Shown here in pieces: positions 25,203 to 35,583 of a stretch of DNA of 64,000 bases. Both the position numbers and the translations under genes were made by a program. The stretch comes from Dendrobates tinctorius (lineage: Eukaryota). Where the stretch lies: assembly GCF_039654945.1 (NCBI RefSeq), contig NW_027361696.1, positions 89,652,001 through 89,716,000 of the forward strand, given 5' to 3'. The notes under the pieces were generated by a model, which had not been told where the DNA came from, did no database searches, and saw only the letters and a list, made by a program, of their open reading frames with translations. Within the stretch, counting starts at the first letter, position 1, and each line of letters begins with the position of its first letter.

Positions 25203-25269
25203 ATATTTTTATAAATGTTTTCATTTTTTTGTCCTGTTTACAACCTTCTATTTGGAATCTGCATCATCA

Positions 25270-26136
25270 GTATCTGTGGGGACCATAAAAATGAGTGGGG
25301 GACTAGGGGGCTATTAAATTGAGTTAGGGTTTGTGGGAGCCAAAATACTGAATGGGGAACTTTGGGGGCTATTATACTGAGTGGGGGACTGAGGGGGCTA
25401 TTATACTATAAGTAAGGGGCTGTGGGAGTCATTTTGCTGAGTGAGATGTGGGCTGTGAGGACCATATTGAAGGACTTTTTGGGGTCATCATATTAAGTGG
25501 AGAACTATTGGGGCCATAAAACTGAATTAGGAGCCATCAAACTAAATAGAGGCTGTGGGAGCATCATACTGAGGGGCCATTATACTGTGTGGGGTGCTTT
25601 GTGGGGTTTATACTGTATGTATACTGTTTTATACTGTTTGGGGGTTTATAGGAATGTTGTACTCAATGGGGGCCATCATACTGCATGAGGGTCATTATAC
25701 TGGCAGGCTATCATACTGTGTGAGGGAACTCTGGGGTCAACATACTATGGGGAGAACTTTAAAGGCATCATGATGTGGGGGTGCTATACTGTTTTTGTGG
25801 CACTGTGGAGTCATCACACTGCATGTGTAGGTGGGCTGTAGGGTGAAATTGTGGGGGGAATTACTGTGGGAATATCACACTGTATGCAAGCTGGAGCATT
25901 TTTGGGACCATCATACTCTATAATGGCCACGAAAGTGGTATCATGGGTGAGGATACTAAGGGGCTTCTATAAGTGCATAATATCATGTACTGTTTGAGCC
26001 ATAACACATGTTCCTTTCTCTGTTTAGAAAAGTTGGGAGATATGACCTCTCCTTCTTTATCATATATTTTTGTGGGGAGGAGAGCCCCAATTAGAACATT
26101 TGCTATGGTGTCCCATGATTTTTATGTATGCCGCTG
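25270..26136. repeat. Degenerate minisatellite-bearing element related to 7134-8234
   Basis: Repeated CATCATACTGTGTGGGG-like units and a shared end motif. Confidence 0.4.
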
Positions 26137-28430
26137 GCACCTAGCGATGGTGTCAAGGGGGAGATGTTGGGAGCCGATACACAATCACATTATTTAAAAG
26201 CCACTGTCAGCTATTGATTGATTGAACAGCAGTAATCATATATAACAATGGTCACTGCTGTTATAGGCTGAGCTCCTGAGCCCACAGGATTCATGTGCAA
26301 ACTGACAGTGATGCAACTGTTGTCAACATTTTAGTTTTTCTGGCCAGGTTATCAAAACATCAGGAGCAAACAATATTTTTAGGGACCCTTGGGAAAACCA
26401 TAATAAATTATTATGATTATCAGTCATATACAGTGGGGGAAATAAGTATTTGATCCCTTGCTGATTTTGTAAGTTTGCCCACTGACAAAGATATGAACAT
26501 TCTATAATTTTAAGGTTAGGTTAATGTTAACATTGAGAGACAGAATATCAAAAATAAAATTCAGATAAAAACATCATATAAATTTTAAAATTTATTTGCA
26601 TTTTGCAGTGGGAAATAAGTATTTGATCCCTCTGACAAACAAGACTTAATACTTGGTGGCAAAACCCTTGTTGGCAAGCACAACAGTCAGACATTTTTTG
26701 TAGTCGATGATGAGGTTTGTACACATGTCAGGAGGAATTTTGGTTCACTCCTCGGTGCAGATCATCTCTAAATCATTAAGATTTTTAGGCTGTCACTTGG
26801 CAACTCAGAGCTTCAATTCCGTCCATCAGTTTTCCATGGGACTAAGGTCTGGAGACTGGTTAGGCCACTCTATGTGCTTCTTTTTGAACCACTACTTTGT
26901 TGCCTTGGCTGTATGTTTTGGGTCATTGTCTTGCTGGAAGACCCAGCCATGACCCATTTTTAATGTCCTGGTGGAGGGAAGGAAGTTGTCACTCAGGATT
27001 GTACGGAACATGGCTCCATCCATTCTCCCATTGATGCAGTGAAGTAGTCCTGTAGCTTTAGCAGAGAAACACCCCCAAAAGATAATGTTTGACAGTGCGG
27101 ATGGTGTTCTTTGGGTCATAAGCAGCATTTATCTTCCTCCAAACACGGCGAGTTGAGTTAATGCCCAATACCTCAATTTTTGTCTCCAAAGAAAAAAGAC
27201 AGTCGACAGCACATCAGATAAACATAAGGATGCACGCTCCAAGTCCATAGACCCAATTGGACAAAATGACTCCAAATAGAAGAAGGGGAGGAACATAAAG
27301 ACCGATTTTGGTCAAAATGTTGTATTATGGAGGAATAAAGTTTCTTTTATTTTTTTCACCTGGATTGGATGCTGCTCCTCCCCTTTTCCTATTTGGAATA
27401 TTTTTGACAACAGCACCTTCTCCCAATCACTCACAGAATCATCCAGGTGTTCATTGGCAAACTTCAGATGGGCCTGCACATGTGCCTTCTTGAGTAAGGG
27501 GACTTTGAAGGCACTGCAGGATTTTAAACATTTATGGCGCAATGTGTTACCAATGGTTTTCTTGGTGACGGTGGTCCCAGCTGCCTTGAGATCATTAACA
27601 AGTTCACCCGTGTAGTTTTAGGCTGATCTCTCACATTCCTCATGATCAAGGATACCCCACAAAGTGAGATTTTGCATCGTGACCCAGACCAATGTCGATT
27701 GACAATCATTTTGTGTTTCCTTCATTTTCTTACTATTGCACCAACAGTTGTCGCCTTCTCACTAGTGTTGAGCATTCCGATACTGCAAATATCGGGTATC
27801 GGCCGATATTCGCTGTATCGGAATTCCAATACCAAGTACTGATATTTTTTCAATATCGGATACTGGAATCGGAAGTCCCCATAATGCAATGAGCCACTGT
27901 TGTGGCTGTGATTGGCTGCTGAAATGATGTCATCATGATGCGCGGTCTGTGCGCATCATGATGCGCGGTCTGTGCCGACAGCCGGGGGTCTGTACGGGCC
28001 TGCCGGGGGCCTGTGCCAGCTGCCGGGGGTCTGTACGGGCCTGCCGGGGGCTTGTGCCGGCTGCCGGGGGTCTGTACGGGCCTACCGGGGGGCCTGTGCT
28101 GGCTGCCGGGGTTCTGTACGGGCCTGTGCCGGCTGCCGGTGGTCTGTACGGGCGTACCGGGGGCCTGTGCCGGCTGCTGGGGGTCTGTACGGGCCTGCCG
28201 GGGGTCTGTGCCGGCTGCCGGGGGTCTGTATTGGCCTGCCGGGTGCCTGTGCCAGCTGCCGGGGGTCTGTGCGGGCCTGCCGGGGGTCTTGTGAGTGTGC
28301 AGGCATCGTCCGATGGGACTACAAGTATGTACTCTATGTTATATGTACTGTATGTCTATATGTATGTATTGTATGAATGTATTGCATGTGGTATGTATGT
28401 TGTATGTATGTAGTAAGTATGTAGTATGTA

Positions 28431-30038
28431 CAGTGGGGAAAAAAAGTATTTAGTCAGTCAGCAATAGTGCAAGTTCCACCACTTAAAAAGATGAGAGGCG
28501 TCTGTAATTTACATCACAGGTAGACCTCAACTATGGGAGACAAACTGAGAAAAAAAAATCCAGAAAATCACATTGTCTGTTTTTTTTTCATTTTATTTGC
28601 ATATTATGGTGGAAAATAAGTATTTGGTCAGAAACAAGCAAACAAGATTTCTGGCTCTCACAGACCTGTAACTTCTTCTTTAAGAGTCTCCTCTTTCCTC
28701 CACTCATTACCTGTAGTAATGGCACCTGTTTAAACTTGTTATCAGTATAAAAAGACACCTGTGCACACCCTCAAACAGTCTGACTCCAAACTCCACTATG
28801 GTGAAGACCAAAGAGCTGTCAAAGGACACCAGAAACAAAATTGTAGCCCTGCACCAGGCTGGGAAGACTGAATCTGCAATAGCCAACCAGCTTGGAGTGA
28901 AGAAATCAACTGTGGGAGCAATAATTAGAAAATGGAAGACATACAAGACCACTGATAATCTCCCTCGATCTGGTGCTCCACGCAAAATCCCACCCCGTGG
29001 GGTCAGAATGATCACAAGAACGGTGAGCAAAAATCCCAGAACCACGCGAGGGGACCTAGTGAATGAACTGCAGAGAGCTGGGACCAATGTAACAAGGCCT
29101 ACCATAAGTAACACACTACGCCACCATGGACTCAGATCCTGCAGTGCCAGACGTGTCCCACTGCTTAAGCCTGTACATGTCCGGGCCCGTCTGAAGTTTG
29201 CTAGAGAGCATTTGGATGATCCAGAGGAGTTTTGGGGAGAATGTCCTATGGTCTGATGAAACCAAACTGGAACTGTTTGGTAGAAACACAACTTGTCGTG
29301 TTTGGAGGAAAAAGAATACTGAGTTGCATCCATCAAACACCATACCTACTGTAAAGCATGGTGGTGGAAACATCATGCTTTGGGGCTGTTTCTCTGCAAA
29401 GGGGCCAGGACGACTGATCCGGGTACATGAAAGAATGAATGGGGCCATGTATCGTGAGATTTTGAGTGCAAACCTCCTTCCATCAGCAAGGGCATTGAAG
29501 ATGAAACGTGGCTGGGTCTTTCAACATGACAATGATCCAAAGCACACCGCCAGGGCAACGAAGGAGTGGCTTCGTAAGAAGCATTTCAAGGTCCTGGAGT
29601 GGCCTAGCCAGTCTCCAGATCTCAACCCTATAGAAAACCTTTGGAGGGAGTTGAAAGTCCGTGTTGCGAAGCGAAAAGCCAAAAACATCACTGCTCTAGA
29701 GGAGATCTGCATGGAGGAATGGGCCAACATACCAACAACAGTGTGTGGCAACCTTGTGAAGACTTACAGAAAACGTTTGACCTCTGTCATTGCCAACAAA
29801 GGATATATCACAAAGTATTGAGATGAAATTTTGTTTCTGACCAAATACTTATTTTCCACCATAATATGCAAATAAAATGAAAAAAAAAACAGACAATGTG
29901 ATTTTCTGGATTTTTTTTTCTCAGTTTGTCTCCCATAGTTGAGGTCTACCTATGATGTAAATTACAGACGCCTCTCATCTTTTTAAGTGGTGGAACTTGC
30001 ACTATTGCTGACTGACTAAATACTTTTTTTCCCCACTG
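28431..30038 (+). mobile_element. Full-length Tc1 (IR/DR type), copy A
   Basis: About 205-bp TIRs CAGTGGGGAAAAAAAGTATTTAGTCAG, TA flanks; near-identical to 45709-47313. Confidence 0.95.
28798..29821 (+). pseudogene. Tc1 DD34E transposase with a single +1 frameshift near 29235
   Basis: ORFs 28798-29256 and 29198-29821 together equal the 340-aa ORF at 46076. The extra G is in TTTTGGGGAGA versus TTTTGGGAGA. Confidence 0.92.
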
Positions 30039-30071
30039 TATGTTTCATAGAGGGTATCTCATTGTTCTAAT

Positions 30072-31778
30072 ATGTTTTCAATGCTAGTCCTCAATCCTGG
30101 CTTTGTTCTCAAATATCTGCGGGATGTAAAGTCTGATAACATCAGGGACAGTTTTGGTCAACAACCCCCAGAGCCCTTCCTCCCGACTTCCCAGCCCTCC
30201 ACCTTCAAAACCAACTTCTCCACCATTACAGAAGATCGACTCTCCACTCTACTCTCAAGATCACATCTCACCACCTGTGCACTCGACCCGATCCCATCCC
30301 ACTTCATCCCAAACCTCACCACAGTCTTCATCCCAACCCTAACCCATCTCTTCAACCTATCACTAACAACTGGTGTTTTCCCCTCAAGCTTTAAACATGC
30401 CTCCATCACACCTATCCTCAAAAAGCCCTCTCTTGACCCATCCTCTGTATCTAGCTATCGCCCTATATCACTTCTCCCATACGCCTCCAAGCTACTGGAA
30501 CAACACGTCTACCTTGAACTGTCCTCCCATCTCTCTTCTTGCTCCCTCTTCGACCGCTTACAATCTGGCTTCCGGTCACAGCACTCCACTGAAACTGCCC
30601 TTACTAAGGTCACCAATGACCTCTTAACTGCCAAGAGCAAGCGACACTACTCTGTCCTCCTCCTCCTGGACCTGTCGGCTGCCTTTGACACAGTGGACCA
30701 TTCCCTATTATTACAGACCCTCTCATCCCTCGGCATCACAGACTTGGCCCTCTCCTGGATCTCATCATACCTAACAGACCGGACATTCAGCGTCTCCCAC
30801 TCACACACCACCTCCTCACCTCGCCCCCTATCTGTCGGAGTCCCACAAGGTTCAGTCCTTGGGCCCCTGCTGTTCTCTATTTACACCTTTGGCCTGGGAC
30901 AGCTCATAGAATCTCATGGCTTTCAGTATCATCTTTATGCTGATGACACACAGATCTACATCTCTGGACTAGATATCACCTCCCTACTAACCAGAATCCC
31001 TCAATGTCTGTCCACTATTTCATCCTTCTTCTCCACTAGATATCTGAAACTCAACATGGACAAAACAGAATTCATCATCTTTCCCCCATCTCACGTGACC
31101 CCCCCTACGAACCTATCAATTACAGTAAATGACTGCCCACTCTCCCCAGTCCCAAAAGCTCGCTGCCTCGGAGTAATCCTTGACGCTGATCTCTCCTTCA
31201 AACCACATATCCAAACCCTTTCCACTTCATGCCGACTTCAACTCAAAAATATTTCACGCATCCGTTCATTCCTCACCCAAGAATCTGCAAAAACCCTAGT
31301 CCATGCCCTCATCATCTCTCGCCTTGACTACTGCAACCTCATGCTCTGTGGCCTCCCCTCAAACACTCTCGCACCCCTCCAATCTATTCTAAACTCTGCT
31401 GCCCGACTAATCCACCTGTCCCCCCGCTATTCCCCAGCTTCTCCCCTCTGTCAATCCCTTCACTGGCTCCCCATTGCCCAGAGACTCCATTACAAAACCC
31501 TAACCATGACATACAAAGCCATCCACAACTTGTCTCCTCCATACATCTGTGACCTCGTCTCCCGGTACTTTCCTGCACGCAACCTCCGATCCTCACAAGA
31601 TCTCCTTCTCTACTCCCCTCTTATCTCCTCTTCCCACAATCGCATACAAGATTTCTCTCGCGCATCACCCCTACTCTGGAACTCTCTACCACAACATATC
31701 AGACTCTCACCTACCATCGAAACCTTCAAAAAGAGCCTGAAGACCCACCTCTTCCGACAAGCCTATAACCTGCAGTAA
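30072..31778 (+). CDS. L2 ORF2 reverse transcriptase and C-terminal region, no endonuclease; first ~21 aa derive from flanking DNA
   Basis: [58 protein letters not shown]. Confidence 0.85.
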   Translation: MFSMLVLNPGFVLKYLRDVKSDNIRDSFGQQPPEPFLPTSQPSTFKTNFSTITEDRLSTLLSRSHLTTCALDPIPSHFIPNLTTVFIPTLTHLFNLSLTTGVFPSSFKHASITPILKKPSLDPSSVSSYRPISLLPYASKLLEQHVYLELSSHLSSCSLFDRLQSGFRSQHSTETALTKVTNDLLTAKSKRHYSVLLLLDLSAAFDTVDHSLLLQTLSSLGITDLALSWISSYLTDRTFSVSHSHTTSSPRPLSVGVPQGSVLGPLLFSIYTFGLGQLIESHGFQYHLYADDTQIYISGLDITSLLTRIPQCLSTISSFFSTRYLKLNMDKTEFIIFPPSHVTPPTNLSITVNDCPLSPVPKARCLGVILDADLSFKPHIQTLSTSCRLQLKNISRIRSFLTQESAKTLVHALIISRLDYCNLMLCGLPSNTLAPLQSILNSAARLIHLSPRYSPASPLCQSLHWLPIAQRLHYKTLTMTYKAIHNLSPPYICDLVSRYFPARNLRSSQDLLLYSPLISSSHNRIQDFSRASPLLWNSLPQHIRLSPTIETFKKSLKTHLFRQAYNLQ

Positions 31779-32006
31779 CCACCGATCGACCAAACCGCTG
31801 CACGACCAGCTCTGCCCTCGCCTACTGTATTATCACCCATCCCTTGAAGATTGTGAGCCCTCGCGGGCAGGGTCCTCTCTCCTCCTGTACCAGTTATGAC
31901 TTGTATTGTTTAAGATTATTGTACTTGTTTTTATGTATACCCCTCCTCACATGTAAAGCGCCATGGAATAAATGGCGCTATAACAATAAATAATAATAAT
32001 AATAAT
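30138..32006 (+). mobile_element. 5'-truncated L2-clade LINE
   Basis: RT ORF, 3' UTR stem-loop AGCGCCAT-GGAATAA-ATGGCGCT and (TAA)n tail. The empty insertion site is visible in reverse at 45601-45620. Confidence 0.93.
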
Positions 32007-32471
32007 GATCCTGGACACTGAACCCTTCTCTAACTCTTGTGCACAGCTCAGTTTCTGGATTTCTTCTTCTACAGCTTATGAGGAGTCTTTTCTCCCTTGC
32101 CCGCTTCTTACCCTGAAAATATCCCCATTATCTACACCCTATGTGATCTTCCCCACCTGAGAACTTGAATGGTTTCCCCCTCATGCTTCAACCTAATCTG
32201 CCATGTACAACCTCCTCTCCTGACCAGCCGCTATCTCTAACCTCTAACACAGAGAGAGTGGAGACAGTGAGCAGTGAGAGTCAGCACCAACAGAAGTGGC
32301 ATGTTGGCAGATTCATTGCAGAAGCAATAAATACTTTTTTGCCCCACTGTATGTATGTATGTATGTTGTATCAATGTAGTATATATGTATGTAGTATGTA
32401 TGTATATATGTTGAATGAATGTAGTATATATGTAGTATGTATGTATGTATGTTGTATGAATGTAGTATATA

Positions 32472-33982
32472 CAGTCATATGCAAAAGTTTGGGCACCCCT
32501 ATTAATGTTAACCTTTTTTCTTTCTAACAATTTTGGTTTTTGCAACAGCTATTTCAGTTTCATATATCTAATAACTGATGGACTCAGTTATATTTCTGGA
32601 TTCAAATGAGGTTTATTGTAGTAACAGAAAATGTGCAATCTGCATTTGATCAAAATTTGGCTAGTGCAAAAGTATCATTTTCTTGATTTGAATACTCCTA
32701 ACTACTTTTTACGGACTTCCTGAAGCACTAAATTGCTTTTGTAACCTCATTGAGCTTTGAACTTCATAGCCAGGTGTATCAAATCATGAGAAAAGGTATT
32801 TAAGGTGGCCACTTGCAAGTAGTTCTCCTTTTTGAATCTCCTATGAAGAGTGGCAACATGGGCTCCTCAAAACAACTCTCAAATGATCTGAAAACAAAGA
32901 TTATTCAACATAGCTTTTCAGGGGAAGGATACAAAAAGTTGTCTCAGAGATTTAACCTGTCAGTTTCCACTGTGAGGAACTGACAGGTTAAATCTCTGAG
33001 ACAACTTTTTGTATCCTTTCCCTGAAAAGCTATGTTGAATAATCTTTGTTTTCAGATCATTTGAGAGTTGTTTTGAGGAGCCCATGATGCCACTCTTCAT
33101 AGGAGAGTCAAATAGGAGAACAACTTGCAAGTGGCCACCTTAGGCTGGTTTCACATTAGCGCTTTTTAAGCGCACGCACGGCCGGGGGTGGCTCCGCCCC
33201 CGAGCCGGCTCTCTGCCCGGCGTTCCCGCCCCTTGCTTGTAGCGCCGCCTCCTAGCGCACAGCGGCGCCTGTGATCGGCGCACCCTATCTTTAGCATAGG
33301 GTGCGCAGATCGTGCACAGGCCGTGCGCTAGTTGCGCTTTGACTTGCGCTGCGCACTTTTGACGGTGCGCCGTGCGCGCCAAAATCCGAAAAGTTTGATT
33401 TTGGCGTGCACGGCGCACCGTCAAAAGTGCGCAGCGCAGGTCAAAGCGCAACTAGCGCACGGCCTGCGCACGATCTGCGCACCCTATGCTAAAGATAGGG
33501 TGCGCCGATCGCAGGCGCCGCTGTGCGCTAGGAGGCGGCGCTACAAGCAAGGGGCGGGCACGCCGGGCAGAGAGCCGGCTCGGGGGCGGAGTCACCCCGG
33601 CCGTGCGTGCGCTTAAAAAGCGCTAATGTGAAACTAGCCTTAAATACCTTTTCTCATGATTGGATACACCTGACTATGAAGTTCAATGCTCAATGAGGTT
33701 ACAAAACCAATTTAGTGCTTCAGGAAGTCAGTAAAAAGTAGTTAGGAGTGTTCAAATCAAGAAAATGATAAGGGTGCCCATACTTTTGCACCAGCCAAAT
33801 TTTGATTAAATTCAGATTGCCCATTTTCTGTTACTACAATAAACCTCATTTGAATCCAGAAATATTACTGCGTCCATCAGTTATTAGATATATGAAACTG
33901 AAATAGCTGTTGCAAAAACCAAAATTGTTAGAAAGAAAAAGGTTAACATTAATAGGGGTGCCCAAACTTTTGCATATGCCTG
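32472..33982. mobile_element. Fold-back Tc1 derivative made of two left ends joined head-to-head
   Basis: TA-flanked ends CAGTCATATGCAAAAGTTTGGGCACCC / GGGTGCCCAAACTTTTGCATATGCCTG. Each arm carries the transposase start MGSSKQLSNDLKTKII (ATG at 32858). Turn-around at about 32968-32980. Confidence 0.88.
33143..33639. mobile_element. 497-bp GC-rich palindromic Harbinger MITE, copy 1
   Basis: TTA TSD; TIRs GGCTGGTTTCACA / TGTGAAACTAGCC; nearly perfect hairpin over its whole length; sister copy at 55876-56372. Confidence 0.92.
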
Positions 33983-35542
33983 TATGTAGTATGTATGTAG
34001 TATGTATGTATGTTGTGTGAATGTAGTATGTATGTATGCTGTATGAATGCAGTATATATGAAGTATGTATGTAGTATGTATGTTGTATGAATTTTGCATA
34101 TATGTAGTATGTATGTAGTATGTAGTATGTATGTATGTATGCTGTATGAATGTAGTATATATGTAGTATGTATGTTGTATGAATGTAGTATGTATGTAGT
34201 ATGTATGTATGTTGTATGAATTATGTATATATGTAGTATGTATGTATGTTGTATGAATGTAGTATATATGAACTATGTATGCAGTATGTATGTTTTTTAT
34301 GTTTTTTTTTTTACATTCAACACATTAGCCGGATGATGGGACTACTACTGTCCCTTCATTGGCTAATATGTCAATCACTGTCGTTGTAGCAGGCATCGCC
34401 CGATGGGACTTGTAGTCCCATCGGGCGATGCCTGAACACACACAAGACCCCCAGCAGGCTCGTACAGACCCCCGGCAGCCGGCACAAGCCCCCAGCAGGC
34501 CTGTACAGACCCCCAGCAGCCGGCACAAGTCCCCGGCAGGCCCGTACAGACCCCCAGCAGCCAGCACAAGCCCCCGGCAGGCCCGTACAGACCCCCGGTA
34601 GCAGGCACAAGCCCCCGGCAGGCCCGTACAGGCCCCCGGCAGCTGGCACAAGCCCCCGGCCGGCCCGTACAGACCCCCAGCAGGCCCGCAAGACCCCGCC
34701 CGCACACACAGACACGCACAGTGTCCGCCCACGCACCGCCCACACTCTTCCCCCCTCCCAAACTGGATGTGCAAGGAAAGAAAGGGTTTTTTTAATTCCG
34801 ATATTTCTGTCCCTATGACTTGAATGGGACTTCCGGTATCGGAATCAGCGATACCCGATACTTTTTTGGGTATCGGGACGATCCAATCCGATCCGATATT
34901 TCTCAATATCGGATGGTATCGCTCAACACTACTTCTCACCCAACGTCTTACATATAGTTTTGTAGCACATTCCAACTTTGTGCAGGTCTATGATCTTGTC
35001 CCTAACATCCTTAGAAAGCTCTTTTTCAGTGGGCAATATCAACAAGTGATAAAATACTTATTTCCCCCACTGTATATCTATAGATCATAATTCTGATATA
35101 AAAACATCAGCTATATTTACTGTAAACCATAAAATGATGATAATTACAGTCAAAATAAGGCCTCTTTCACACATCAGGTTTTCGCCGTCAGGCGCGATCC
35201 GGCGCTTTTGACAGAAACCGGATTCGGCGAAATGCAATGCCGGATCCGGTTTCCCCCCAATTGACTTGCATTTGCGCCGGATCGCGCCGGATGGCCATGC
35301 ATTTCATCCGGTTTTCGCCGGATCCGGCAATGTGTCGCGATCCGGCGTCTGGAAAAAACGTCTACTGTAACGTTTTTTGTCTCCGGCGAAAAAGCCAGAC
35401 ACGCCGAATCCGGCGCGTCCGGCTTTTTCACACAATGAAAGCCTATGAGCGCCGCAATGCGCCGGATCCGGCGAAAGCCTGATCCGGCGGCCGGATCCGG
35501 TTTTTTGGTCTGAGCATGCTCAGTAGCTCTGCCCACAAGACA

Positions 35543-35552
35543 TATATAAAAG
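35543..35552 (+). promoter_or_regulatory. TATA box upstream of the Harbinger MADF gene
   Basis: TATATAAAAG about 40 bp before the ATG at 35584. Confidence 0.5.
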
Positions 35553-35583
35553 CAAGACAGTGGGACCCACAGCCACACCCAAC

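Larger units (their letters stand above)
19152..25240. mobile_element. Old piggyBac-like non-autonomous element relic, outermost layer of a nest
   Basis: T-rich segments at 19152-19255 and 24234-25240 resemble the internal region 52600-53350 of the TTAA-flanked element; termini decayed. Confidence 0.35.
27763..34931. mobile_element. hAT-type fold-back element, copy 2 (centre deleted, multiple nested insertions)
   Basis: TIRs TAGTGTTGAGC / GCTCAACACTA and perfect 8-bp TSD CTTCTCAC. Same subterminal, GC-repeat and microsatellite modules as 19622-22725. Confidence 0.9.
26431..35072 (-). mobile_element. Decayed Tc1 transposon, outer layer of a four-level nest
   Basis: TA-flanked TIRs CAGTGGGGGAAATAAGTATTT / AAATACTTATTTCCCCCACTG. 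Minus-strand transposase remnants ([30 protein letters not shown]) at 26680-27760 resume after 34940. Confidence 0.85.

Noticed and set aside
28707-29336. Long antisense ORF over the Tc1 transposase (also 45985-46725)
   Set aside because: Shadow frame of the transposase with no independent evidence.
33140-33616. Mirror-image ORFs MRFDLRCALL on both strands (also 55884-56348)
   Set aside because: A by-product of a GC-rich palindromic MITE.
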